Shown here: in pieces, positions 41,260-54,884 of the stretch | How positions within the stretch are numbered: the stretch's first letter is position 1 | Layout of the letters: each line of letters starts with the position of its first letter | Assembly: GCF_006345805.1 (NCBI RefSeq) | Contig: NC_042998.1 | Span: forward strand, 33,108,001 to 33,172,000 | DNA from: Octopus sinensis | Taxonomy: Eukaryota | DNA length: 64,000 nucleotides | Direction of reading: 5' to 3' | Program-made: the position numbers and the translations under genes | Notes under the pieces: model-generated | Seen by the model: only the letters and a program-made list of their open reading frames with translations | What the model was told of the DNA's origin: nothing | Databases searched by the model: none

Positions 41260-41791
41260 AACAGGTTGCCCGACCGCATTATTTACTCTTATTATTATAT
41301 TACTATTTGGATTTTTCACTCCCTTATGACAACCCAATAGTTCCCAATCTTATGGAACTATTTTTGTAGTGCGCATGGCAAAATTTTGGAGGGAAGATTT
41401 ACGAATTCAAACGTCTATGTAGGTTTAGCTTTTGCTCACTTTCTTCAAATATTTTGATGTCGCATGGTCAGAAGGTTTGAGGTACGTAGCATTTGATAAA
41501 TCTATGATAAATCTTTTTCAATGGAAAGCTGTGCTGAAGAAGGATGTGAAATATATATGCAATGTATATGAAATATATATCAAAAATATATATGAAATAT
41601 ATATTCAATATGTTTATAATCCAGAAACATGATGTTCACAGATAACCACCAGACTTCGTTTTCGTTATCTATTCCTTCTGTTTTGCATATGTGAATTACA
41701 GGGTTTGTCGTGCCCGGAGTCCAACTTTGATAGAAATAAGCATTCTTGACTGCTATTTCTATTTTTTCGGTATGCGGTCGGGCAACCTGTT
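41260..41791. mobile_element. MITE-like element bounded by perfect 20-bp inverted repeats
   Basis: aacaggttgcccgaccgcat (41260-41279) and atgcggtcgggcaacctgtt (41772-41791); no TSD recognised. Confidence 0.55.
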
Positions 41792-41964
41792 GCCTGTCCC
41801 TTTTATTTATATACAATATATATACTGAACTTTACAGAAGTTCCTGCCGGTAATCGGCTATATTTACATACCGAATTCTACCAGTAAATAATTGGGTTTT
41901 TTTTAAAAGCCTTTATAGAAATTATTTACTCTTATTATTATATATATATATATATATATATAAG

Positions 41965-42180
41965 GTGATAAATAAAAATATATGCATACATACAAACATA
42001 TATGTACGTACCTACATCTACATGTATATATACATGCATATATAAATAATTATACGTGAGTACAGGACATCACAATAAGACGTAGAAACGGAAAAAGCTA
42101 AAAAACAAAAAAAAAGAAAACGAAAAACGAAAAACAATTACAGGACGAGCTACACAAGGACAAAACCCCCGTCATTAGAT
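41965..42180 (-). mobile_element. Family E fragment
   Basis: Reverse complement of the 3' part of 18860-19322 (gtacgtacctacatctac, gagtacaggacatcac). Confidence 0.55.
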
Positions 42181-42194
42181 ATATATATATACAC

Positions 42195-42268
<74 letters not shown>

Positions 42269-42523
42269 TTATATATGTATATATATATATACATATGCAT
42301 ATATATACATATAAATATATATACATATACATATATATACATATACATATATATATATACATATATACATATACATTTATACATATACATATATACATAT
42401 ACATATATACATATACATATATATATATATATATACATATATATATACATATGTATACATATATATATATACATATATATATACATATATATATATACAT
42501 ATATATACATATACACTCACACA

Positions 42524-42557
<34 letters not shown>

Positions 42558-42590
42558 CGTACATACATACATACTTATATACAGACGTGT
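42180..42590. repeat. (TA)n/(TACA)n complex
   Basis: Direct inspection. Confidence 0.95.
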
Positions 42591-43120
42591 ATGTCTGTAT
42601 GTATGTACGTATCAGGAAATCACATAGACTCTGTTTAATAAAATAATATTCAAATATAAGCATGGGGGGACTAATTGGACGTTTCCACATTCATGGCCGC
42701 CCTATATTCTGTGACTTATCCACAGGTTGTATTTTCACAGTGAAATCGAATATATGTTAATAAACCACTCCGTATACGGTTTCAATATAATATAAATCTT
42801 TTCATAACAAAGTTGCGCTGTACTTTTGTTATTTAATCGCGGTCGTCAGCATTGCAACGCACAGTGATCTTCTTTCCTTTTGTAATAGGTTGTTGACGTT
42901 TTCCATTTAAAAATCTATTCTGCATAACTGAAACACTTGCAGATCGAGTAAAGAATCTCTGATGAGCTTCCATAAAAGCGAAAATGGCTGGAGGATTCTT
43001 GTAATTTCATTTGAACCGGTGATTAGGATTAAATTTCTAAGATTCTATATATGATTTCCATTTGGATATTTATATTTAACACCACATTTATTATAATTTT
43101 ATTAATTATGTACAAAGTCA

Positions 43121-43905
43121 AAGCGGCGAGCTGGCAGAAATGTTAGTACGCCGGGCGAAATGCTTAGAGGTATTTCGTCTGCAGTTACGTTCTGAGTTCA
43201 AATACTGCCGAGGTCGACTTTACCTTTCATCTTTTCGGGGTCGATTAAATAAGTACCAGTTACGCATTGGGATCGATATAATCGACTTAATCCGTTTGTC
43301 TGTCCTTATTTGTCCTCTCTGTGTTTAGCCCCTTGTGGGTAGTAAAGAAATAGGTATTGCTTCTAGCTTTACGTTCTGGCTTCAAATACCACCGAGGTCG
43401 ACTTTGCCTTTCATCCTTTCGGGGTCGATAACTTAAATACCAATTGCGTACTGGGGTCGACCCAATCGATTGGCCTCTTTCCTCAAAATTTCAGGTCTTG
43501 TGCCAAGAGTAGAAAAGATTATTTTTCAGACGGCAAGCTTAGTGTATTTCGTCTGCCGTTACGTTCTGAGTTCAAATTCCGCCGAGGTCGACTTTACCTT
43601 TCATCCTTTCGGGGTCGATAAATTAAGTACCATTTACGCATTGGGGTCGATGTAATCGACTTAATCCGTTTGTCTGTCTTTGTTCGTCCCCTCTGTGTTT
43701 AGCCCCTTGTGGGTAGCAAAGAAATAGGTATTTCGTTTGCCGTTTCGTTCTGAGTTTAAATTCCACCGAGGTCGACTTTGCCTTTCAATTTTTCGGGGTC
43801 GATAAATTAAGTACCATTTACGCATGGGGTCGATATAATCGACTTAATCCGTTTGTCTGTCCTTGTTCGTCCCCTCTATGTTTAGCCCCTTGTGGGCAAT
43901 AAAGA
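43121..43905 (+). mobile_element. SINE-A composite, four bodies
   Basis: head-body-tail1-body-tail2, partial head, body-tail1-body-tail1. Confidence 0.85.
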
Positions 43906-45059
43906 TATAAGATTGAAAATGATGTCACTAACTTTGCTTACACGTCAAGCTGCGCAGTCTACGGCGAGACATGTAGTTTACAAAAATTAATTTAAAAACT
44001 TAGATGTAAAATGCAAATATGCAAATAATGGAAAGAAACACGAATGTATTGCTATGCGTAGTTTACAGCAAAGGACGTTTCGCCATCGGTAGAATGAATG
44101 ATAGTTCTATACAGCTGTTGCAGTAACGGTGTGAACTGAGTTTTCCGGTAGACAAGATATTGTTTCGCCAGAATTTCTCGCATAAAATTACTTTGTCATA
44201 ATGCGAAAATGTGACAGCTGTGATTACTGCTGTGCTTAATTTTTGTGTGAAGCTGTGTTGGACAGATGATTACTTAGAACGAGTAAAGCTGTAGCTGATT
44301 GTTAGAGCATAGTTTACAACAAATAATTCTTAAGTTCCGAAACAGCTGAAAATTGGCTAACTCCAAGACTCAGCAATATCTGCATTTTCCATGAAGCTCT
44401 AGTTAATACCTTCTCTGTCTGATCACAATCAAACTTCAAGCAAATGTATTATTACATTGCTACCAATATCTTGGAATTCAAGACACGTAAACACATGGAT
44501 GAATTTGATGAAAGTACCTCAGAAATATCTGAACTTTCTGGCATCAAGTATAACTTACACCAGAAATTCCTCGATCCTAATTTATCTAAAATAGAACGTT
44601 TAAAGACAGAGGAATTATTGAAGGGCCGTAACTTTGCTGGGAGGACTGAGGGCAGTGACAATTATGTGATTGTTGAACATACCCACAGATTAGAAAATGC
44701 CTAATTTTGAATCTCACAACGTGAGATATTCACCAACAGTACTTTATAAATATAATTATAAATATATTGTTTTGATTTATAAATATATTGTTTTGAGCTG
44801 GGTGAGGATGCTAGATTCCCTTGTTCGAAAATGTAAGGACACAGATCGTGCCGTATAGCCAGCTGGAGACGATGTCTCCTGGGGCTAAATTACAGCAACA
44901 TTAATCCTAAACCAGGACTGCCATGTTATGTTGGCAAACAATCATTACTCCAAAGTACTGTTGCTGAATATCTTATGTTGTGAGATTAAAAAAATAGTAA
45001 TTTTCTAATTTATAAATCAGTGACTAGATGTCACTTTGAAAACTATATATAATTCGAAG

Positions 45060-45445
45060 CGCTCAGTTCGTCAAGAGTGTCCCCGCTTCCGTATGTTTTG
45101 GCTCTTGAGCCTTTATTGAAGAAGCTGGAGAATTTGGGACGCACCCCTAATGAAATCGAGTGCGGTAAGTCGATCTCTGCTTATACGGATAACGTCACCA
45201 TCATTGTGTCCAATGAGGCTCAGCTACCTTGTGTAGAGGGCGCTATCAAAGGATACGAGGCGGTGGCGGGAGCAAAAGTTAACAAGGACAAGTCCATCGG
45301 CTTGCGCCTCGGCACCTGGAGGAGCAAGCCGTCGTCATCCAGTATCGTGGGTCACTGGACAGATGGTCCTGTTAAGTTTGTTTGGTTTGGACCGGACTCC
45401 CAAACGGAGAAGAATTGGAGAGCGAATTGGCAGACAGGGTGGAAG
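45060..45445 (+). mobile_element. L1/Tx1-clade reverse transcriptase fragment
   Basis: SVRQ.CP, PYVLALEPLL, AYTDNVT (YADD equivalent, decayed), YEAVAGAKVNKDKSIGLRLGTW. Confidence 0.85.
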
Positions 45446-45939
45446 TTCTAGTTCGGACTTGCATGATTCTAAAGCGATTTCTTTAAGGAAAATTAGTTCC
45501 TGTAAGCGATCCAGCACAAACCAAAAACAACCTTAAATCTTTAAGCATCTATAATGTTCATTGGAAACATCTTGCATAAACAAAAGCAAAGAGCGATATA
45601 TAACTAGAAAAAATAATTGGTACATAGCGAAAATTTTGACTTCCTATCAAATAGTGAAACGTAAAGCCCAAAAATTACCAATGATCTTTTATTTCGAAGC
45701 TAGTGACTGAAGATGGAGCGTGGGGGTATCTCTATTATCCGAAAACCATGGCTCAGTCCATTGAAAGTCACAAAACCTCAAGTTCTTAGAAGTTCAAATG
45801 TCAGCGCTAGGCACAGAAAATTATGTGATTGTTTTAGGAGAGGACAAGGGTATCCATTCTCCTTGGTTTTCTAGAAGTTGACCCAACCATGAAAAGTGAG
45901 TGGTACACTAAGACGCTTAAGAAACCACAGAGGGGCAGA

Positions 45940-46160
45940 TGCAGAACAAGAACCTGAAATCTATCCACATTGTACAACACACAACTTTAGCAATAAACGG
46001 AGCACTCGGCAAATTGGTTTGGTCAGTGGGTTTCTTTTTTCCACCGTACAGCCCGGACCTGGCGCTCTCCCGACTTCAACTTTTTCAATACAACGAAAGA
46101 GAGTGTTCGATGAAAATGTTTGGATGACACAGGCGAGATGAAAGTGGCTGTGAAGAAGTG
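45940..46160 (+). mobile_element. Mariner transposase C-terminal fragment
   Basis: PPYSPDLA motif followed by a frameshifted DFNFF. Confidence 0.7.
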
Positions 46161-46185
46161 CCTACTAAGATGTTCACGTGAAATG

Positions 46186-46425
46186 TATTGGGTTGGTGCA
46201 TAATTACTGCGGCTTTTTTTCAGCAAATTTTATTCAACAAAAACAATAACAACATGTAACAAAAACATCTTTAAATGATTATTCTGGAGCATATTCACCA
46301 TCTACTTCAATTACTGCTTGGCAGACGGTCAGACTGTCATTTAAAGATGTTTTTGTTAAATATTGTTATTGCTGAATAAAATTTGTTGAAAAAAATAGCC
46401 GCAATAATTATACACCAACCCAATA
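46186..46425. mobile_element. Mariner-derived MITE with ~90-bp TIRs and TA TSD
   Basis: ta-ttgggttggtgcataatta...taattatacaccaacccaa-ta; a single-end copy lies at 57596-57637. Confidence 0.85.
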
Positions 46426-46724
46426 TTTCAAAGAGAATTCGAAAATTAGGCTCAGCGATGGCACAAATACATAAGTTATGAAGGAGTCTATGTTGAGTAG
46501 TAAATTTGTATAGAAGAATAGTTACTCTATCAAGATTTGAACGATCAATGCCAATTGTTAAAATGCTTATACCTGTCTTGGCATTGCTTTCTATATAACC
46601 TTTGCATGCGTGTGTATATATATATATATATACACACACACATATATCACCGTGACCGACTAGGCTATCAGATGATGCTACACATCGCTTTGCTGGCTAA
46701 GCGAGCAGGCCAACAGAAGAGAGA

Positions 46725-46903
46725 CTGAGAGAAAGTTGTGGCGAAAGAGTACAGCAGGGATCGCCACCATCCACTGCCGGAGCCTCGTGGATTTTTTTAG
46801 GTGTTTTCGCTCAATAAACACTCACAAGGCCCTGTCTGGGAATTGAAACCGCGATCCTACGACCGTGAATCCGCTGCCCTAACCACTGGGCCATTGAGCC
46901 TCC
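46725..46903 (-). mobile_element. SINE-D
   Basis: Homologous to 22185-22384; minus strand tggcccagtgg A box and ggtttcaattcc B box. Confidence 0.8.
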
Positions 46904-47150
<247 letters not shown>

Positions 47151-47574
47151 TGATTCGTTAAAAAATTGATGACGATTTTCTTCCGTGGTCAAGCTTGTCG
47201 TTCTGCTTGGTTGGTTTCCTTACAGGATACAGTTATGGGTCTTTTCCTTGTATTCGTTGAAGTTTGGTTTTGATTGGTTTGGAATTATGTGGCGTCAGTG
47301 AGCAGTGCCAGTGAACCGACCACTACTGCTACTGCTGCTGCCACAGCTTAACTGCTACAACCCCAACCACCACCAAGGTTGCCAAAATTACGGCCAACAG
47401 TAACAGCCACAGGTTACTACTACTACGACCAACAATCACTACTGTTGCTACCATTGGAACACAAGGTAACAAAAAAAGCGGTTCCTTTTGATACCAGCAA
47501 GAAACAATAATGGACTTCTTCACTACACTCAACAGTAATATAGCGATTATACCAACTACCGACAAAACACCACC

Positions 47575-47758
47575 ACATGGATTCTATTGAGAACAGTAAG
47601 AAACGATTATGAACTTTTCTATTGCACTTTTTATAATATATTTGGTAAGGTTCGTTTTTTCAAGAACATGGATTCTATTAAGACCAGTAAGAAACGATTA
47701 TGAAATTTTCCATTGCACTTTTTATAATATTTTTGATAAGGTTCGTTTTTTCAAGAAC
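47575..47758. repeat. Two-copy 91-bp tandem duplication
   Basis: acatggattctatt...ttcaagaac starts at 47575 and 47666. Confidence 0.85.
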
Positions 47759-47838
47759 CGAAATATGTAAAATTCATAAGAAATTAAGATTTATCTAATA
47801 TAGTGGCGTTTTCAAACTTCTTTTTTACAAATATATAT

Positions 47839-48249
47839 AGGCGCAGGAGTGGCTGTGTGGTAAGTAGCTTGCTAACCATCCACATGGTTCCGGGTACAGT
47901 CCCACTGCGTGGCATCTTGGGCAAGTGTCTTCTGCTATAGCCTCGGGCCGACCAAAGCCTTGTGAGTGGATTTGATAGACGGAAACTGAAAGAAGCCTGT
48001 CGTATATATATATATATGTATGTATATGTGTATATGTTTGTGTGTCTGTGTTTGTCCCTCTGGCATTGCTTGACAACCGGTGCTGGAGTGTTTACGTCCC
48101 CGTCACTTAGCGGTTCGGCAAAACTGACCGATAGAATAAGTACTGGGATTACAAAGAATAAGTCCCGGGGTCGATTTGCTCGACCAAAGGCGGTGCTCCA
48201 TCATGGCCGCAGTCAAATGACTGAAACAAGTAAAAGAGTAAAAAAGAGT
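47839..48249 (+). mobile_element. SINE-B, full length, between (TA)n tracts
   Basis: atatatataggcgcaggagtggc ... gtaaaagagtaaaaaagag-tatata. Confidence 0.9.
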
Positions 48250-48803
48250 ATATATATATATATATATAATATATAATATATAATATATATATATATATCA
48301 GTGTGTATGTGTGTACATACAATATATATGTATACATGTGTATACACGCACACACACATATATATATAAACTTTAAATAGACATAAATGCATATGTCTGT
48401 GCGCGTGTGCGTGTGTTTGTGGATTATTTAAAGCCCCCGTACAATCAGGTTAGCACCAGCCTCACTGTTCCATCACGCATTCTTAGATTTATCTCTATGA
48501 CAGCTAAACTTATATTTTCCAAACAGACTCTGAATCTCTAGTAAAAAAATTAAAAATAAAGGACGACCTGACAAATAAAAAATATATAAACAAATAGCAT
48601 AACAAAATAAATAGCCTTTTTAGTGAGTCACTGAATCGCGTTATAATGTTTCCCAGGCTAAACTGGGAATGGTAATGAGGCCACCAAGAATGTTTGGCAT
48701 ATATTTTTTTCTCTTTCTTGTTTCATCTTCACAATTTCAAGAAAAGAAACTATCTAATAAAAACTGCGCTTCCCTGCTTTTGAAGAACCACAGAACTAAT
48801 AAT

Positions 48804-49615
48804 CTTTTCTTCTCTAGGCACAATGCCCGAAATTTTGGGAGGAGGAGGCAAGTCGATTATATCGACCCCAGTACACAACTGGTACTTAATTTATCGACCT
48901 GGAAAGGATGATAGGCAAAATCGATCTCGGCGGAATTTGAACTTAGAACGTAAAGACAGACGAAATACGATAAGCATTTTGCCCGGCATGCTAACGTTTC
49001 TTAGTTCTTTATTGCCCACAAGGGGCTAAACATAGAGTGTACAAGCAAGGACAGACAAACGGATTAAGTCGATTATATCGACCCCGAAAGGATGAAAGGC
49101 AAAGTCGACCGCGGCGGAATTTCAATTCAGAACGTAACGGCAGACGAAATACCTATTACTTTACTACCCACAAGGGGCTAAACACAGAGAGGACAAACAA
49201 GGACAGACAAACGGATTAAGTCGATTATATTGACCCCAGTGAGTAACTGGTACTTAATTTATCGACCCGAAAGGATGAAAGGCTAAGTTGACCTCGACAG
49301 AATTTGAACTCAGAACGTAACGACAGACGAAATGCGTGCTAACGATTCTGCCAGTTCACCACCCTGTGTATGAAAATATATTTATTTCTTTGTTTCTCAC
49401 AAAGGGCTAAACATAGAGGGGACAAACAAGGACTGACAAAAGGATTAAGTTGATTACATCAACCCCAGTGCGTAACTGGTACTTAATTTATCGACCCCGA
49501 AAGGATGAAAGGCAAGTCGACCTCGGCGGAATTTGAACACAGAAAGCAGCGGCGGACGAAATACTACAAAGTCATTTCACCTGTCGTGCTAACGTTTCTG
49601 CCAGCTCGCCGCCTT
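48804..49615 (-). mobile_element. SINE-A composite containing three full or partial heads
   Basis: 14-bp TSD acagaactaataat at 48790-48803 and 49620-49633. Confidence 0.85.
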
Positions 49616-50394
49616 ATCTACAGAACTAATAATGAAATTTTGAAGACTAGCTTTAGGTAACTACATAGAGATTTGGAAGAATCGTTACAGAATTCTGGAG
49701 TAGTGCGGTGAAATGTTTATCAGATTCTACTTCAGAGATTTATGTTGTTTGGAGACACTGAAAAATTACATGTGAGACTATGATAAATATATTATATTTC
49801 AGTGAGCAACTAGTTTCTCAAGCATCTCTATGACTAAGTCACAGAAATAGTTCAATCATATCACTATTTCATATTTGTAAGGATTTATCCCCTATAAATG
49901 TGAAATAGCTATATCAGCACGAAGTCTCCACTTAATGTTAAAACAACAACAAATGTGAATGAGAATCTTGACATTTGGATGTAAAAACATGAAAAAAAAA
50001 AAAAAAAGAATACAAGCCTGTAATTCAATCAGTTTCCATCGTAAAAATTTGCCGGGTCTGATAAATGCAATAAATATGTTAAAATACCCGAACCACAAAA
50101 AAAAAAAAAAAAAATTCATCAAGGCGGTGCTCCAGCATGGCCGCAGTCAAATGACTGAAACAAATAAAAGAATAAAAGAATCTATCATTGCGACACAACT
50201 GGAATTATGGTATGGCAGAAATTTCTAAAACGTTACAATTATTTAAAGATTAAGATACAATTATTTAAGAAGAAAGCACTATTTGATGCAAACTCTTCTT
50301 CTTCCGTAAATTACGATAATTAACAGAGAGAAAGAAAGAGAGAGAGGGGAGAGAAAGAGAGAGAGAATTATAACTTTCTCATAGACACCCGAAA

Positions 50395-50765
50395 GGTGGT
50401 TGTGTGGTTAGAAGCTTACTTCCCAACCACATGGTTCCGGGTTCAGTCCCACCACATGGTACCTTGGGCAAGTGTCTTCTATAGCTTCGGGCTGACGATA
50501 AGCTTGTGAGTGGATTTGATAGACGAAAACTGAAAGAAGCCCGTCGTATATAAGTATGTATGTGTGTGTGTTTGTCTTTGTGTCTGTTTCTAAACACCGA
50601 TTAACAACCAGTGTTGGTGTGTTTACGTCCTCGTAACTTAGCGGCTCGACAAAGGAATCCGATAGAATACATACCAGGTTGTAAAAATAAAGTGCTGGAA
50701 TCGATTCATTCGACAAAAAAAAAAAGAATTCTTCAAGCATGGCCGCAATCTAATGACTAAAACAT
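50395..50765 (+). mobile_element. SINE-B
   Basis: Family match; a separate tail fragment lies at ~50120-50180. Confidence 0.8.
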
Positions 50766-50977
50766 GTAAAGGATAGGAATTCCAACCGCGTTGCTACCTC
50801 AACAGTTCCTTTATAGAATCCAGTGGCTAAAGACATCATCAGGAGGAACCACATCCGGTTTTGGCCCCTACTCCTCTCTACCGTTTTCGACATTTCTTCT
50901 GCCTCCTTCTTTCTCCTGTTCTCTGGCCTCTTCGATGCAGTGTCAGTGGGAGTAATTCTCTATTAACCGATAACAAA

Positions 50978-51540
50978 TGTACATAGAGGGACATTACAAA
51001 GGACGCACACGAACATTTACATTCTAACCAATCGTTTGAAATGAAATGAAACAAAAAAGAAAATCGAAGAAATTGAAGAAATTGGATGAAATAATAAATA
51101 TAAATATGAATAAAAACTAAAAATAATGTTCCGGGTTTTCCTTATTTAACCCGCCGGGTTTTTTTTCCTTCTTTTTTTTTCTTTCTTTTCGTCCTGACCG
51201 GCTTTGCTAGCACGGCCACATTCATTTTCAACTTTGTTACCACAGACATCCATCTTTTCAAACGTACTGTGCGACAGGCACTACTTGTCCAGACGGATCT
51301 TCCTGGACAGGTGGATGTTGAAATATCTTACCACCCCGAGTCCGGAGATAAAATGACCTGTCGCAATTCCTTTCGCACGTGTCGTCCACACTGTTTCTTT
51401 CAGTGTGGCCTCTTTTCCTTTTTGAAGGAAGAAGGCGGTACGATCTTGATCATGGACTCAGTCGAGAGCCGTACTCTTTCTGCATCCGACATCAGTTGTT
51501 CGACATAGGCTATCAACTCCTTATAGTGTACAAAGGAGTG
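50978..51540 (-). mobile_element. L1/Tx1-clade LINE ORF2 3' end and 3' UTR
   Basis: KETVWTTRAKGIATGHFISGLGVVRYFNIHLSRKIRLDK resembles Tx1 C-termini; terminus tttgtaatgtccctctatgt recurs near 52670-52690. Confidence 0.6.
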
Positions 51541-51619
51541 GCGAGATCTAATCAACTGGCTCCCTTCCCCAAAATTTCGGGCCTTGTGCCTAGAGTAGAA
51601 AAGAGTAAATGTGAACTAG

Positions 51620-52028
51620 AAGGCGGCGAGCTGGAAGAAACGTTAGTACGCCGGGCGAAATGCTTAGCGGTATTTCGTCTGTTGTTACGTTCTGAGTTCA
51701 AATTCCGCTGAGGTCGACTTTGCCATTCGGGGTCGATAAATTAAGTACCTGTTGCGCACTGAGAGTCGATGTAATCGACTTAATCCCTTTGTCTATCCTT
51801 GTTTGTCCCCTCTATATTTAGCTCCTTGTGGGTAGTAAAGAAATAAGAAACATTAGTACGCCGGATGAAATGCTTGCCGGTTTTTTGTCTGCCGCTACGT
51901 TCTGAGTTCAAATTCCGCCGAGGTCGACTTTGTCTTTCATTCTTTCGGGGTCGATAAATTAAGTATCAGTTGCGTACTGGGGTCGATCTAATCGACTGGC
52001 CTCCTCCCCGTCAAAAAATTTCGGGCCT
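51620..52028 (+). mobile_element. SINE-A composite ending in tail2; preceded by an isolated tail2 at 51546-51602
   Basis: Family match. Confidence 0.85.
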
Positions 52029-52362
52029 TGTGCCTAGAATAGAAAAGAAAACCAAGACTAAAAGAATAATGCCTTTTGCTAAGAGAAATATATCTTCATC
52101 TTTCAAGTGATTCGACTTGTTACACAAAATACGAATTCCTTTAATCGTATATTAAAAAATTCGTTAAAATGCAACTTGTAAAAAAGTTCAAATTTCATGA
52201 AGAAATCACTTTCGCAAATGCAAATTTTCAGATTCCGACAATATAAAGTTACCAACAAAAACAAAACAGCTCTTGTAAACTACAAGACTAAGTTTTATAC
52301 CAAAAATTTTCTGATGGCAAATATCGGAAGCTTGCAAATAGACAATCAAATCCCGTAACCTA

Positions 52363-52577
52363 TTAAGACCCACTGTCCTATAAATAGGACACGAAATGAG
52401 AACATTAAATAAGCTATATCACATTGTCTTGGTGTTCTATTTATAGGACACCGAGTACTTCCATTTCTACTTGAAGTAAAGGAGTTTTACTAATTATTTT
52501 GTTCCTTTTAACCTATTTTTAATCATCTGTAAAAATTTAAAAGTAATATTCAGAAATTTAAGTACTCTGGGACTTAA
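52363..52577. mobile_element. Possible TTAA-flanked MITE
   Basis: ttaa-gaccca ... tgggac-ttaa; repeated tataaataggacac motif, partly palindromic. Confidence 0.35.
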
Positions 52578-52887
52578 TTGGTTAATAACACTAAGGACCA
52601 TATCATTTTTATCGCAGCGCATTTCAAAAGTTGGGAGAATATATTTCTTTATTTACCTATAAAAAGGTTTACATAGAGGGACGTTACAAAGACAAACAAG
52701 GGACATGTAGGATGCAAACACGCTTCTTATATACAAAATGAAAAGACAGATGGATTTACATATATTTTACGGATGGGAGTTAAAAATATACATGATGATT
52801 GGATGGAAATTGGGTTACGGGTTAGTGAATTAACCCGCCGGTTGATTATCCCTTTTGGTAAAACGTTGAGAGAATAACCGACAATAA

Positions 52888-52960
52888 ACTATTCGACTAT
52901 CTGTTGTCCAAAGGATGTTACTTTAAGTAACATCCTTTGGACAACAGATAGTCGAATAGT
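52888..52960. repeat. Perfect 36-bp inverted repeat with 1-nt spacer
   Basis: actattcgactatctgttgtccaaaggatgttactt-t-aagtaacatcctttggacaacagatagtcgaatagt. Confidence 0.9.
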
Positions 52961-52975
52961 CGATTTCAATAATTA

Positions 52976-53405
52976 GGAGCAGGCGTGGCTGAGTGATAAG
53001 AAGTTTGTTTCCCAACCACATGGTTCTGGGTTCAGTCCCACTACGTGGCACCTTGGGCAAGTGTCTTCTACAATAGCCTCAGACCGACCAAAGTCTTGTG
53101 AGTGGATATGGTAGACGGAAACTGAAAGAAACCTCGTCACGCGCACGCGCACTTGTGTGTATATGTGTGCGTGTGTGTGTATGTGTGACATTGTGTCTGT
53201 ATATATCCCTCATCACCGTTTAACAATCGTTGTTGGTGAGTTTACTTCCCCATAACTTAGCAGTTCGGAAAAAGTCACCGGTAGACTAAGTACCAAACTT
53301 TACAAAAACAAAAAAAAAAGGACTGGAGTCGATTCATTCGACTAAAAATATTTCAAGGCAGTGCTCCAGCATGACCGTATTCGAATGAATGAAACTTGGA
53401 GAAAG
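52976..53405 (+). mobile_element. SINE-B, diverged
   Basis: ggagcaggcgtggctgagtgataag head; ggcaccttgggcaagtgtctt. Confidence 0.78.
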
Positions 53406-54478
53406 ATAAATGATAAAAGAATTAACGATTGGTTTTAATTAGCTTGCCACTCTTTAGACCAGCTTAAAGTGCATCTCCAAAATGCCAGATAATTAAACAT
53501 CAGATATTCTTATCAAACACTGGTTATGTATTCTGCAGCTGCACTAGAATATGTAAATGTTGAACTTTAAAGAGTTAAACGATCTTATATGTTGCAAAAG
53601 AAAGATGAGACTAAGGTCAACGATCTTATTTTTCTATGAACGAAATATGAAACTCAATTGTTCTTCAGATATTATCTCGGGAGTTACAAGTTGCCTTTGT
53701 TTTTGTTTTGTCGTAAAGGAGCAAATAATTGGCTATAAAGAAAAACTAACAAAACAAGTTGGTTTAACCTCCTCAACTGCAGATTTGTCTGCCTTTCAAG
53801 GTATTAGCATCAGCAGTAAGCCTGCCCGCTCAAAGGTTTCATTGCCGTCACACTTCTAGGAAAATTTAATCGCCATACTAATAGCAAACGGAAAACGTTC
53901 CCGATGACATCTCCAAAGTAGCACGCGTGCACTCGCTGACGTATAAACTTATCTGAAATGTGCAGTTCGGTTTTCAGCTTCCCGCCCAACTGGAAAGTTC
54001 TACGTTTTTTCCATCGACTAACTCGTCCGCAACAGCGTACAGACACCGGTCTCACACGAGGCGAACCGAAGACTCGTCTGTTACCGGGGCGAACAAAATA
54101 GCTTGCTCCAACGTCTAAGAAATATCAAACACCACCTGATAGTGACAATCTGATCGTGGGCCAAACTGCCAAAATTTCCACATGTCGAGTCAAATTTAAC
54201 TGGAACGTCTCTTGCAAGCAATACTCTTTCCTTCAATTCCTCTAATTTCTACTTTCTAACCATACTGCTACCGAGGCCGATTACAGTTCCTTCCGTGGGA
54301 TCCAAGCCGTGCCATTCTGCATTATAAAGGGAACTAAGATGAATCTGATTTTCTTCGAACCTTCGACTTACGAGCTTCATTGAAGAGACCGTGCTCTCTT
54401 CATGTTGCATCTAAAGTGTGTTTTGTGGTGGTCCTTCAGTGTCGCAATAAGAAGGGCTCCAATTTCTTCCTTTGACAC

Positions 54479-54884
54479 AAGGCAGCGAGCCTGCAGAAAC
54501 GTTAGCATGCTGGGCGAAATGCTTAGCGGTATTTCGTCTGCCGTTACGTTCTGAGTTCAAATTCCGCCGAGGTCGACTTTGCCTTTCATCCTTTCGGGAT
54601 CGATAAATTAAGTACCAGATACGCACTGGGGTCGATATAATCGACTTAATCCGTTTGTCTGTCCTTTTTTGTCCTCTCTGTGTTTAGCTTCTTGTGGGTA
54701 GTAAAAAAATAGAAATAGGTATTTCATCTACCGTTACGTTCTGAGTTCAAATTCCGCCGAGGTCGACTTTGCCTTTCATCCTTTCGGGATCGATAAATTA
54801 AGTACCAGGTGCGTAGTGAGGTGGATCTAATTGACTGGCCCCCTCCCCCAAAATTTCGGGCCTTGTACCTAGAGTAGAAAAGAA
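54479..54884 (+). mobile_element. SINE-A dimer: head-body-tail1-body-tail2
   Basis: 14-bp TSD aatttcttcctttg at 54461-54474 and 54883-54896. Confidence 0.9.

Noticed and set aside
42941-42998. CTGATGA-GCTT/AAGC-GAAA hammerhead-like string
   Set aside because: Stem II forms, but neither the type I nor the type III arrangement gives both a paired stem I and an NUH site; single copy.
44444-44704. 86-aa non-repetitive ORF
   Set aside because: No recognisable domain and no convincing splice context; length compatible with chance.
45701-45758. CTGAAGA-T-GGA...TCC-GAAA-ACCATGG hammerhead-like string
   Set aside because: Only a 3-bp stem II and no NUH in register with stem I; at most a decayed PLE relic.
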